DNA of 32,000 nucleotides from Candidatus Paracaedimonas acanthamoebae (GTDB lineage Bacteria; Pseudomonadota; Alphaproteobacteria; Caedimonadales; Caedimonadaceae): NCBI GenBank assembly GCA_000743035.1, contig CP008937.1, positions 116,132 to 148,131 of the forward strand, read 5' to 3'. Shown piece by piece: positions 1 to 9,181 of this stretch (position 1 is its first letter; each line of letters starts with the position of its first letter). The notes under the pieces were generated by a model. It saw only the letters and a program-made list of their open reading frames with translations, ran no database searches and was not told where the DNA came from. The position numbers and the translations under genes were made by a program.

Positions 1-84
1 TGGGAAATAGAAGAAAATAGTAAAAGGAAAAAAACTCCTAGGCCTTGCTTTAAGAAAATAATAATTGGTGGTGTTTTTATTGGA

Positions 85-3000
85 TTGATATTAATCCCTT
101 GCTTATTCATGCCTTGGATGGCTATCTTGTGTTCATTTTTATATCCAAATAATTCAACCATTTACTCATATAAAAATGGTAACTCTCTTTCTGTTTACGA
201 AGCTTCCATTAATTGCCCTATTGTAACACCGAGTCCTGATTATGGAATGATCCCTTATAATCCTCATTTCCCTGTTAATAATAAAAATATTAGAAAGAAT
301 TCAACTTCTGAAACTTTTGTAAACTTGAAAGACCCCAACTTTCGTTCTTGGAAAAATGTAACGAGCACAACACCTATTTATTACCTTGAAGATCGTGTAA
401 ATAATTTTATTGAAAGTGTTCCTGAGCATTCAGAAGAAAGCTATCTAACAAAAATTTGGAAAATTTTCCATAAAGCACCAAGTAAAACAGACCCATTTTT
501 ATCCCGCCAAGTAACTATTTCAGGGATGGGAGGCTCAGGCAAATCTTCTTTATCTCTGAGTTATGCTTATGAAGCTCTTAAGCATAAAGCCTATAATATA
601 ATTTATTGGATACGCAGTGAAACTGAAGCTACTCTTATTGAGAGCTATAAAAAGGTCCTTAAAGCTATAAATATTCCTTTTGAAGACAATGACCTGGATG
701 AAAATATTATTGAGCTTATTAAGAAGCATATCCCTGATAAAGGTAAATCTTTATTGATCTACGATAATGTTCCAGAGCCTGGATTTCTTGCTAGAAAAGT
801 GCCTGATTCAGCTGATATTCTTATTACTTCTAGGTGCTCATATGGGTGGCCAACACCAAATAATATTGAAATTGGTGTTTTTCGCCCTAAAGAAGCTGCA
901 AAATATCTTTTTGACCGGACAAATCTTATCAAAACAAAAGAAAATACTCGCCAATCTTTGGAGCTTGCTAAAGCCTTAGGGTATCTACCGTTAGCCCTTT
1001 CCCATGTTGCAGGGTACATTTCTTATATCAATATTGATGGTAGCTATGGCTTTAATGATTATTTACAAGCATTCCAGCAAGAGCCAGGAACTCATTTTAG
1101 TACGCATGTTAATCCTTTTAGCCTTGAAAAAAATCACTCTATTTCTCATGAACATTTAATTTCAAAAACGTGGAGCCTTGCTGGGCAAATTATATCCCCA
1201 TTAGCTAAAGACCTCATGGTATACTTTGCTTACCTTGAACCTGACCACATTATAAGAGATTATTTTTTTAAGTGCTCAAATAATGAAAAAGGGTTAAGAG
1301 AAGCCGTTGCACAATTATCCCACTTCTCTCTTATTAAAGGAAGCCAACATTTTTATTCTATTCACCGTCTTGTGCAATTAGTCATCCGTCACCAACAAGA
1401 AACTTTGCCTCTTGAAAGCCTTAAAGGTTCTTTAGAGAACGCCCTCTCAAGCTTTGAAAATTACCGACAAACAGTTGAGCAGGAGCTTAAAAAAGAGCCC
1501 TCTCTTGCCAAGCTAAATAACCTAGATACAAGAATTAGAGGTATGCATATTAACACTGTAACACTATTTAATCATTTACAGAGAATATCTCAAAGTAAAG
1601 AAGATGAAGATTTCTTTCCTTTAAAATTTTATACTTTAGGGCTTCAATATCTTGTTAATACCTCCACATCTATAAAGATAAAAGATCATATTTATAAACT
1701 ACTGAAAGGGGAAGACTTAGATGAAAAGGAGCTTAAAGAGAAAGAGATTGCTATTAGGAATGAGCTAACAAGAAAAGATATTTTTTTGCCTGATGAGACT
1801 ATTAAAAGACTGGCCGAGGATTTATTACCTATAGTGCCGTTTGATTTAAGCTCTCCATATCTTAATTACTTAATAGAAACTATTGAGAAAATAAAAAATC
1901 CTGTGGAGAGAACCGAATTTGTAAAAACTATAGTTAGCTTATTAAGTGACACTACAAATACCATCGAAATCCTTTACCCTCTCCTATATGATCAAGTTAA
2001 AATTATAACAGATTTTCTTCTTATTTTACCTTCTACCGATATGCAGGGACAAAGAAGAGCCATTGTTATAGATGCTTTTATGGCAGTCGCTCCTGAGGAT
2101 CGTGCAGATATTATAAAATACCTCCCCTCTTTATGGGATGAAAGAATGATAATATTAGATAAAGCCAATATTATAAAAAGTATAGGAAAAGTAGCGGCTA
2201 AAGAGAGGAAAGAATTTGTAAGTTATATACGTGACTTATATCCTAAAAACATTAATGAACATGACGTTTATAATGTTATAGATGCTTTAGTCCAGGTTCC
2301 TGCTGACCAACGTTTAGAAATAACAAAAATTGTAAGACCTCTTCTGCATCAAAAGATGCGCGGGCTTGACATGGCTTTCATCATAATTTCTCTAGCACAA
2401 ATTGATGCCGATCAACGTTCAGGAATTATAAGGGACATCCTTCCTTTATGGAATGATAAAATAGAGGGGAGTGAGCTAGCTCAACTTATAAATTCTCTGG
2501 CGCACGTTGCTGTTGAACAGCGTTCAGAACTAGTAAATCTTATTGCCCATTTATTAAATGATCATCCCTTATTGAAGTCCAAAATAAACGGATTTATTAT
2601 AGCTGGAGTAATAAGCTCGGTAAAGCAAGTTGCTGTTGAACAGCGCTCAGAAATAATAAAACGTTCTATCATTTCCTATGCTCAACAAAGTCCCCAACCT
2701 TTAACATCAATGAGTGTTGAAGAATATAATGTATTTATCGAATATCTTTCCCCTTTATGCCCTAAAAATATGTCTTCAAATGACATAATAGCGCTCGCAA
2801 AAATTTTTATTAAAATTAAAGCGGATGAGCGAGCAGACATTGCAAAATATCTCCCATCCTTATGGAATAATAATATGGGTAAGGGAGAGAGGTCGGCAGT
2901 AATTGAAGTGTTAGCTGGATTCACTCGTCAAGAAAGGGCAGTTATTCTCTTCTTATGGAATGAAAAAATGACTTTCAATGAGCGCAACTCGATTTTAGAA

Positions 3001-3492
3001 GGTTATTTTACCATTGAGCAACGAGAAAATATTATAAAGTATCTCCCACTCTTATGGAATGATAACATGAGTGGGTATGAAAGATCTAAAATTCTAAGAG
3101 CTGTCTCTAGCACTGATTCTAATGAGAGAGAAGATATTCTCAAGTATGTCCCGTCCTTATGGAACGATAATATGAACGGCTACGAAAGAGCTACAGTTAT
3201 AAAATTTCTTTCTAGTATAGATCCTATACAAAGAAAAACATTAACGCAGCTTTTCCAATCACATATTAATGACATAGATAAAAATGATTGGTTAAAGATT
3301 TTATCTAAGCTTAAAGAAATTCCTCAGGAAAAAAGAATAAAAGTAAGCGAGAATTTTATCTTTCTCTGGAATGCTGCGAAAGCAAATAATACCATACAAA
3401 ACCTAATTGACCTCTATAAGAAGATTGCTAAAACTATTTTAAAGGAAGGAGGCGTAGCTAACCTCTTTCAAATTGTTGCTCAAGCTGGTTAA
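85..3492 (+). CDS. STAND NTPase of NB-ARC (AP-ATPase) type with N-terminal hydrophobic anchor and C-terminal array of divergent 35-aa helical repeats; possibly 5'-partial
   Basis: 1135-aa ORF. Walker A GMGGSGKS, Walker B LLIYDNV, ILITSR and ALGYLPLALSH (GLPL-like) motifs occur in the NB-ARC order. It is a clear paralog of the 12945-17408 protein through the NTPase and following helical region. The C-terminal third is about 12 repeats of roughly 35 aa (ER..II.YLPSLWN..M....ER..I...). The track start at 85 is TTG and an in-frame ATG lies at 109. The frame has no stop codon back to base 1, so the true start may lie left of the window. The pre-NTPase region contains the hydrophobic stretch IIIGGVFIGLILIPCLFMPWMAILCSFLY. 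Confidence 0.85.
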   Translation: MILIPCLFMPWMAILCSFLYPNNSTIYSYKNGNSLSVYEASINCPIVTPSPDYGMIPYNPHFPVNNKNIRKNSTSETFVNLKDPNFRSWKNVTSTTPIYYLEDRVNNFIESVPEHSEESYLTKIWKIFHKAPSKTDPFLSRQVTISGMGGSGKSSLSLSYAYEALKHKAYNIIYWIRSETEATLIESYKKVLKAINIPFEDNDLDENIIELIKKHIPDKGKSLLIYDNVPEPGFLARKVPDSADILITSRCSYGWPTPNNIEIGVFRPKEAAKYLFDRTNLIKTKENTRQSLELAKALGYLPLALSHVAGYISYINIDGSYGFNDYLQAFQQEPGTHFSTHVNPFSLEKNHSISHEHLISKTWSLAGQIISPLAKDLMVYFAYLEPDHIIRDYFFKCSNNEKGLREAVAQLSHFSLIKGSQHFYSIHRLVQLVIRHQQETLPLESLKGSLENALSSFENYRQTVEQELKKEPSLAKLNNLDTRIRGMHINTVTLFNHLQRISQSKEDEDFFPLKFYTLGLQYLVNTSTSIKIKDHIYKLLKGEDLDEKELKEKEIAIRNELTRKDIFLPDETIKRLAEDLLPIVPFDLSSPYLNYLIETIEKIKNPVERTEFVKTIVSLLSDTTNTIEILYPLLYDQVKIITDFLLILPSTDMQGQRRAIVIDAFMAVAPEDRADIIKYLPSLWDERMIILDKANIIKSIGKVAAKERKEFVSYIRDLYPKNINEHDVYNVIDALVQVPADQRLEITKIVRPLLHQKMRGLDMAFIIISLAQIDADQRSGIIRDILPLWNDKIEGSELAQLINSLAHVAVEQRSELVNLIAHLLNDHPLLKSKINGFIIAGVISSVKQVAVEQRSEIIKRSIISYAQQSPQPLTSMSVEEYNVFIEYLSPLCPKNMSSNDIIALAKIFIKIKADERADIAKYLPSLWNNNMGKGERSAVIEVLAGFTRQERAVILFLWNEKMTFNERNSILEGYFTIEQRENIIKYLPLLWNDNMSGYERSKILRAVSSTDSNEREDILKYVPSLWNDNMNGYERATVIKFLSSIDPIQRKTLTQLFQSHINDIDKNDWLKILSKLKEIPQEKRIKVSENFIFLWNAAKANNTIQNLIDLYKKIAKTILKEGGVANLFQIVAQAG
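2095..3440 (+). repeat. Diverged in-frame tandem repeats (about 105 bp / 35 aa per unit) inside the 85-3492 CDS
   Basis: Repeated protein units include EDRADIIKYLPSLWDERM.., ERADIAKYLPSLWNNNMGKGERSAVIEVL.., QRENIIKYLPLLWNDNMSGYERSKILRAV.., EREDILKYVPSLWNDNMNGYERATVIKFL... Same repeat family as 13560-14609 but much more diverged at DNA level. Confidence 0.6.
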
Positions 3493-3730
3493 TAAAAGAA
3501 TCATTATCATTTTTAAGGAGTAAAATAAGGAGCACTACTTATTTTCAAATTAATGCTAAGCTTGGTTTGCTTATGCTTATAAGATGGTCTTCTTATCAAG
3601 GCTAAACTCTTTAATCATGCCTTATTATCAAGGTCCCTTAAAATTGCTTACGCCACACCATCACGACCATTTTTGCTGAGAGATTGGAAGAAAGGCAACA
3701 TTTAAGTACGAACTATAGGTAATTAGATGC

Positions 3731-5218
3731 TTAATCGCTCTCATTATAGAAATCTTTAACATTAGCTAAAATATTTGGATAAGTTGGCGTTTTCCTTGAA
3801 CAGAGAGTCACTTGTGCTGGCCCAACAGCTTTAATGTCAAAGCCCTTTTCTCTATCACAACCGCCTTCAGCTAAGGGCAGCTCTTGAGTTGTTATACCTG
3901 AATAATAACTTCTTTCTGATAATACCCTAAAAACAACCTTTATACCATTTTTAGGAAGACGTAAGCCTGCGCACCTCAAGTCATCTTGAAAACGAGTTAT
4001 TGTTGTTCTTTGAAACAATTCTCGCTTGAATTTCACCTGGCACTCTTCACAGACATCTTGCCAAGAATACATATCAAGAATTATAGCGCACACTTTAGAG
4101 CCCGAGCTTACACTATTTATAATAGGATTTGTGATAAGCTGAGGATATGTGTTTATGACTTCATGAAACCATTCTTCTGTATGGAAATTGTAGGGTCTAG
4201 CTCTACCTTGGTAATCTGCGTCTTTATTTAGCTGGCCAAAATTTCTTCCAACCCAACTTGAAACTCTATCACCCCCCATTATTTTTATTGTAGGAAGATC
4301 TTCTCGAGTACATTCAGCATAATTTTCGTATAATTCTTCCGCTTCGTCATAGGAAGAAGGTCCACTAATAAAAGCTAATACTTGAGCTTCACTTGAACTT
4401 AAATAATCTCCCTTAGATACATGGTGTTGGCCTTGTGCATCCTTTTCTATAAAGCTTACAAAAGGAACTAGGACATTTCTTTTAGAGCTCTTTGGATCTA
4501 ATGTCGTACACCAAGCTTTGATATGATTCCCTATTAAAGCTAAATTTGTATGTCTTGCCGGTACAGGTAGGTTCTGTTTTCCATAATAGCAGCCAAGATC
4601 ATGAACCCATCTCATCTGAGCACAGATCTCGCCTACTACATATCGAGAAGCACAGGTAAGCTTTATATGTTGATCTTTATGATCTCTTTTATAACTCTTG
4701 TAGCTTTCCAAGGACCCAGCTTGAGGATCATTACCTTTACCACTAACAGTGACTAAAGAGGTCTCTACTTTTTGTTTTTTATGAAGAGAGCTATCCTTTT
4801 CATGTATACTCGTTTTTAAAGCTCTTTTAGACCTATCAGAAGAATAATTTGTGTTAGAGCTTCTCGCCAGAGGCTCAAGTTGGCTTAAAGGCGCTCTTTT
4901 AAAGTTATTAAATGGGGACCTATAAATCTGATGATGGTACTCTTTGGAATTATCCCCATCACCATGCCTATATGATTTAACATAGGAAGCTGAAGAATTT
5001 TCAGCTTCACCAAAATAAGAAGCTTGACCTATAGAACACCAAAGTAAGAAAAAAGTTAAGAAAAAATACAAAGGAACATGGATCACTGGGCGCTTATAAG
5101 TTCTTGTGCCTAAGGCTTTATTATGTCTCTCAAAAATATGCTCAAGACTTGGAAAATTAGTAAAAGATAATTTCCTAAAAAAAGGTCTCTTTAAAATACT
5201 ATACAGGGATTTTTTCAT
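3731..5218 (-). CDS. Hypothetical membrane-anchored/secreted protein; C-terminal region has a deaminase-fold-like zinc motif (HxE ... CxxC)
   Basis: 495-aa ORF convergent with 85-3492. N-terminal hydrophobic segment VIHVPLYFFLTFFLLWCSIGQA. FHTEEWFHEV (H codon at 4181-4183), then a predicted strand KVCAIILDMY, then VCEECQVKFKREL (CEEC at 4040-4051). The product call is inference from motif order only. Confidence 0.7.
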   Translation of the reverse strand: MKKSLYSILKRPFFRKLSFTNFPSLEHIFERHNKALGTRTYKRPVIHVPLYFFLTFFLLWCSIGQASYFGEAENSSASYVKSYRHGDGDNSKEYHHQIYRSPFNNFKRAPLSQLEPLARSSNTNYSSDRSKRALKTSIHEKDSSLHKKQKVETSLVTVSGKGNDPQAGSLESYKSYKRDHKDQHIKLTCASRYVVGEICAQMRWVHDLGCYYGKQNLPVPARHTNLALIGNHIKAWCTTLDPKSSKRNVLVPFVSFIEKDAQGQHHVSKGDYLSSSEAQVLAFISGPSSYDEAEELYENYAECTREDLPTIKIMGGDRVSSWVGRNFGQLNKDADYQGRARPYNFHTEEWFHEVINTYPQLITNPIINSVSSGSKVCAIILDMYSWQDVCEECQVKFKRELFQRTTITRFQDDLRCAGLRLPKNGIKVVFRVLSERSYYSGITTQELPLAEGGCDREKGFDIKAVGPAQVTLCSRKTPTYPNILANVKDFYNESD

Positions 5219-5393
5219 TTACTCTCCCCCTCATATTCAACTGCTAGCAAACAATACTAGAATAAACATTGTTACCACTTTTTCAACAATAACCTTACAA
5301 CATTGGCTAGAAGTCTACTATTATCTTTCTTTTATTAGCCAAATTTCAACTGTAAAGGATCTTTTTTATAGCCGTGCCAGGCCTTAATGAGTC

Positions 5394-5830
5394 CTAATAG
5401 TTTCTTCTTAACAAGCACTTCATACCCTGCTCCACTAAGGCATCAATAAAAATAATGGCGGCCTTTTGACTAATTTTATAGCCATATTCGCCACAAGCAA
5501 GACCCTTTATCTTCCTCTCAATAGCGCCTTCATTGCCTTGTGCTGTTAAATGATCATTAAGGATAACAATGACATTAAGATTCTTCTTGTACCCATAACA
5601 ACCAAAAATCAAGCCTTCTCAATTTAGAGTGTCCATTTTTTTGTAGAAAGATCACTTGATACACAACCTTAAGATCTTTGAGAAATTCTTTTTGATTTTT
5701 GCTAGCGACATATTTTAAAGAATTGCGGATTTGATGCACAATATAAAGCTAAATTTCTGTTTGTAGGAAAACGCCTTTAATAGCATCAGCAAAGCCTGTA
5801 AGATCATCAACGCAAGCAATGAGAATCATC
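5394..5830 (-). pseudogene. IS256-family (Mutator-like) transposase remnant, C-terminal half only, with in-frame stop and frameshift
   Basis: Minus-strand translation from 5830 reads MILIACVDDLTGFADAIKGVFLQTEI*LYIVHQIRNSLKYVASKNQKEFLKDLKVVYQ. This matches the conserved IS256 core (ILIACVDGLKGF..AI..VFP.T.IQ.CIVH.IRNSLKYV..KD.K.F..DLK.IY). The track ORF 5394-5612 (..GNEGAIERKIKG..SQKAAIIFIDAL) looks like the downstream T.NAIES.N..IRK....FP.D.A..KL.YLA segment in another frame. No N-terminal half or inverted repeats were seen. Confidence 0.8.
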
Positions 5831-5888
5831 TTGTACGACCTTTATTTAAAATCTTTAAGAAACCTTTATTCTGTCGTAAAAAGATTGG

Positions 5889-8300
5889 TTAACAATTCAT
5901 CAATTTTATAAGTTGAGACTTCGTATATTTTTTTTCTATTTTAGGAATAAGAGAAAAATGTGCTGAAGAATACTTTTTAATTATTCTTAAAGACTGCTTT
6001 AATTGATCAATTGCTTTCTTCTTGAAGGAATGAAATTCTTTAATATCTTTGTTACTTAAGGCAAGTAAGGATCTTTTTTGATATATTTCTGCTAATGCTA
6101 CTAAAGAAGCATAACTTTCAGGATGTTCCCTTAGTTGATACATTACTATTGATTTTGTAATAAAATCTTCTGCCATATCCAGCATATCTTGTTCTATAAA
6201 AAGATGTCCTAAGTCTCTTAGAACTCTAGCAATCTCAAAATAGTTTGTAGCTTCATTTTCTTGATATATTTTAAGACTATTTTCAAGAAAGTTTTTAGAT
6301 TTTTGATGGTTACCAAGTTTTGTATGTATTGCTCCTAAATAAGATGTAGTCCAATTGACGTATGGATGATTATCAGAAAAGTACTTTCTATAAACCTTAG
6401 AACCTCGTTCAAAAAAATCTTGAGCTTCTCCATATTTTTCTTGTTTTAAATGTACAATTCCTAAATGCCCCAAAATCCAAGCAACTCCTACATGATTTCC
6501 AGAATGATTTTTATATATTTCAAGGCTTTTTTTAAGTAATCTGTTAGATTCCTCATAATTGCCTAGCTCTCTATAAGTCATACCTAAATGTGCTGAAATC
6601 CAAGCAACTGGAATAGAATTCTCAGGAAGATGCTTTTCATAAATTAAAAAACTCTCTTCAAGCAACTCCCTAGATTTTTCATAATTACCTACTTCTCTAA
6701 AAGCATAACCTAAATAACCTAAACTCCGAGCAATCCCAGTATAATTTTTAAGTTTCTTTTTATAAGTTTTTAAGCTTTTTTCAAGCAGATCTATAGATTT
6801 CTTGTAATTACCTAAGCTCCTATAAACATTTCCTAAGTAAAGTGAAAACTGTGCAACCTTAGAGTACTTATTATTATTATATTTATTTAAATTCCTAAGG
6901 CCCTGGTCTAAAAGATTTTCTGCTTTTTGATAATTACATTGATAATAATGAATACACCCTAATGCTCCCCTTATAAGTCCTTCCACATCTCCTAATACTA
7001 AGTTCTTGTGATTTAAAAAATTTTCACAATGGCTTACTAAAAGCTTCATTTTAACAAAATCTTCTTTTTCTAATGCATCATTTATATAATTTTCTAAAGT
7101 ATGACCAACTAGTGTGAATAATTGATTACGTTCTTTTGAATCTAGAATATTTAGGAGGTAAGCTAAGCTTATCTCTTGGGTGCTTCGGTGTAAAGAAATG
7201 GCTGGCAATAAGCTAGAATATGACAAGCTTTCACTTGTTATTAATGAGTATTTCTTTAGATTAAAAACAAAACTATCAGCAATAATATTATCTTTATGAA
7301 TACTTAATAAGCTTTTAGGAATATTTTGAGAATCTAGCAAACTGATAAAGATTATGAGAGATAAAAAATCTTTATCAGTATCAATTATCTTTTTTATCGA
7401 TAAACTAATAATACTATAACGAGTCTTATTGTATTCACTTACTTCTTTTAATATATTTTGCTGTAAAATTTCAAAGTTTTTACTATATTCTTTCAAATAT
7501 TTTAAGTATTCTTCATATGAAACTTCATTTGCATTCAAATAATGAGCAGCAATAGAAACATCCAAAGGAAATGAAGGTATATGATATAAGAAATTATCGG
7601 TTTCATATTTTGGAAATTCAGTAAATTCTTTGAGTTGCTTTCTTTTTCTAATTTTAAGAAATAAATCTAATTTTTCCAAAGAAGATAGTTCGTTTACTTG
7701 AACAACATGATTTATATAATTATTGCTTATTATATGACTATTTTTAGTAGTGATAATAACTTGACCTCTCCCCCAAGACTCATGATTGTGAGGAAAGTAT
7801 TCTGCAATATCAATAAATTTATCAACATTATCATAAATTAGTAGCCAATCTGAATAAGTTTTAAGTTTTTCTTTTACAAACAAGACAATCTTTTCACTTT
7901 TTTTCTTATTGCTTTCTAATTTTCCTAATTCTTTTAAAAAGTTTTGTTCTCTCTTAGTCTCTGATAAAGCATAACCAAGAGTTTCAAACGAATGGATTAG
8001 GCTCTCTACTGTTTCTGCATTGATTTCCCAAGCGACGGGTACTTCTTGATGTTGGGCATAGTAACGAGCAATTGTAGTCTTTCCTGAGCCCCCAATTCCT
8101 ATAAGAGCAATTGTTTTAATACCTTGTCTTTTTTCAAAAAGCGTTTTCATTTTTTTTATTAACTTAGAACGTTTTAATAAAATAGGTTCAATGGGCGTAA
8201 TTAGTTCTGATTTAATAATTTTTACAGACTTCTCATTCTCAATTTGTCTATCAACTATTTTTAACTCCTTACTTATTCTGTTTCTGTATTTTTTATTCAT
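5889..8300 (-). CDS. STAND NTPase: NB-ARC domain followed by TPR (TPR_12-like, about 42-aa) repeats
   Basis: 803-aa ORF. Walker A IGIGGSGKTT, Walker B WLLIYDNVD, VIITTKN. The C-terminal half has 6-7 repeats of type LG.(V/A/T)YR.LGNY.(K/E)S..LL(E/K)(K/E)SL.IY(K/E)K. No signal peptide. The ATG at 8300 lies 5 nt after the stop of 8306-9169. Confidence 0.9.
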   Translation of the reverse strand: MNKKYRNRISKELKIVDRQIENEKSVKIIKSELITPIEPILLKRSKLIKKMKTLFEKRQGIKTIALIGIGGSGKTTIARYYAQHQEVPVAWEINAETVESLIHSFETLGYALSETKREQNFLKELGKLESNKKKSEKIVLFVKEKLKTYSDWLLIYDNVDKFIDIAEYFPHNHESWGRGQVIITTKNSHIISNNYINHVVQVNELSSLEKLDLFLKIRKRKQLKEFTEFPKYETDNFLYHIPSFPLDVSIAAHYLNANEVSYEEYLKYLKEYSKNFEILQQNILKEVSEYNKTRYSIISLSIKKIIDTDKDFLSLIIFISLLDSQNIPKSLLSIHKDNIIADSFVFNLKKYSLITSESLSYSSLLPAISLHRSTQEISLAYLLNILDSKERNQLFTLVGHTLENYINDALEKEDFVKMKLLVSHCENFLNHKNLVLGDVEGLIRGALGCIHYYQCNYQKAENLLDQGLRNLNKYNNNKYSKVAQFSLYLGNVYRSLGNYKKSIDLLEKSLKTYKKKLKNYTGIARSLGYLGYAFREVGNYEKSRELLEESFLIYEKHLPENSIPVAWISAHLGMTYRELGNYEESNRLLKKSLEIYKNHSGNHVGVAWILGHLGIVHLKQEKYGEAQDFFERGSKVYRKYFSDNHPYVNWTTSYLGAIHTKLGNHQKSKNFLENSLKIYQENEATNYFEIARVLRDLGHLFIEQDMLDMAEDFITKSIVMYQLREHPESYASLVALAEIYQKRSLLALSNKDIKEFHSFKKKAIDQLKQSLRIIKKYSSAHFSLIPKIEKKYTKSQLIKLMNC

Positions 8301-8305
8301 TTTTT

Positions 8306-9169
8306 TTATACTTTTATTGACTCTTTTTTTTTATCTAATTTTGTATTGTTGTCTTGAGTATATTCTTGGAATTGAGTTATTTGATTAGAAAATGAAAGAG
8401 ATTTTTTCCGAACTTCCTTATCTTTTTGAACTTTCTTCTGATGTTCCTGTTGCAATTTTTCTTTATAGGGAATTATAACTTCTTGAGGAAAGTTATCCAA
8501 TAGTCGCTTAAATTCCCTAGAAGCTTGCTTTATAGGATTATCACGAGGATTTAAATTATAAATATCAATTAATAAATCAAAAAATCCTAAGTAATAATTT
8601 TCGACTAGGGAACGAGTAGAAAGATTTGCTAATCCTTGAGGGAACGCTTCTCTAGCTTCACCTTCAAAAAATATAGGAATGAGCCCATGCGGACCTTGAA
8701 AAGCGCTTCGACTCCTTAAGTTTTCAATTTCTTGAGTTGTAAAATCTTTTCCTTCTTCATAGGTTTTTTTAAATTGAGGAGATCCTATGACAAGAACCTT
8801 ATCAACCTTAAAAATAAGGTCACTATATTGATGAATGGTGTACTCACTTCCTGGCCTATTCGTCCATTCATCAATATAAATGTTTTGTTGCGGCATGTGA
8901 GCTATCCTTAATTGATTGGCAAGCTCTAAGACACGCTGCTTGTGAAGCTCATGATCAGGATAGTAAGTAATAAAAAGGGTAGGATAATGCTCAAGGGCAG
9001 GAAGCTTTTCTAAGTGCTCATAAAAAAGCCTTTCATGCCTTTGATGAAGGTCTTCTTCTTTATTAAGATGACTTGCAAAAGAACAAGGCAATAAAGCCAT
9101 TAAGTATAAAAATGCTAGGCATGCCCTGAAGGTAATATGGTTTACTCCTTGATACATTACAAACGACAA
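8306..9169 (-). CDS. Secreted stand-alone SEFIR/TIR-like (STIR) domain protein
   Basis: 287-aa ORF. Signal-peptide-like N-terminus (..ACLAFLYLMALLPCSFA/SH). Core PTLFITYYPDHELHKQRVLELANQL..NIYIDEWTNRPGS..IHQYSDLIFKVDKVLVIGSPQFKK..GLIPIFFEGEAREAFPQG aligns with the N-terminus of 12945-17408 and the C-terminus of 9182-11194. It follows the SEFIR/TIR motif order. The track start at 9169 is TTG; an ATG alternative lies at 9157. Confidence 0.8.
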   Translation of the reverse strand: MSFVMYQGVNHITFRACLAFLYLMALLPCSFASHLNKEEDLHQRHERLFYEHLEKLPALEHYPTLFITYYPDHELHKQRVLELANQLRIAHMPQQNIYIDEWTNRPGSEYTIHQYSDLIFKVDKVLVIGSPQFKKTYEEGKDFTTQEIENLRSRSAFQGPHGLIPIFFEGEAREAFPQGLANLSTRSLVENYYLGFFDLLIDIYNLNPRDNPIKQASREFKRLLDNFPQEVIIPYKEKLQQEHQKKVQKDKEVRKKSLSFSNQITQFQEYTQDNNTKLDKKKESIKV

Positions 9170-9181
9170 TACTTTATGCTG

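Noticed and set aside
759-1019. Track ORFs 759-1019(-), 767-979(+) and 2682-2924(-) inside the 85-3492 gene
   Set aside because: They lie fully within a long ORF that has clear NB-ARC and repeat homology. Their translations are low-complexity with no motifs. They are shadow ORFs typical of AT-rich DNA.
4160-4186. HTEEWFHE read as a zinc-metalloprotease HExxH motif
   Set aside because: The spacing does not fit. It is H-T-E-E-W-F-H, not H-E-x-x-H. The downstream CxxC after a hydrophobic strand fits a deaminase-type site better.
3986-5387. Track ORFs 3986-4231(+) and 5106-5387(+)
   Set aside because: The first lies antisense within the 3731-5218 CDS. The second overlaps its 5' end and promoter region. 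Neither has an RBS or a recognisable motif.
5394-5612. Track ORF 5394-5612(-) as an independent 72-aa gene
   Set aside because: It is colinear with the upstream IS256-type fragment (5620-5830) in a shifted frame. It is better explained as part of one decayed transposase gene.
8298-8310. Possibility that slippage in the A8 tract fuses the SEFIR-only and NB-ARC-TPR ORFs
   Set aside because: The TAA stop of the upstream gene is formed by the T plus the first two A residues of the tract. A length change in the run therefore alters only the spacer to the next ATG and cannot remove the stop.
8191-8388. Track ORF 8191-8388(+) spanning the junction of the SEFIR-only and NB-ARC-TPR genes
   Set aside because: It is antisense to two well-supported genes. 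The poly-Phe/Leu translation is what the reverse complement of a Lys/Glu-rich coding region gives.
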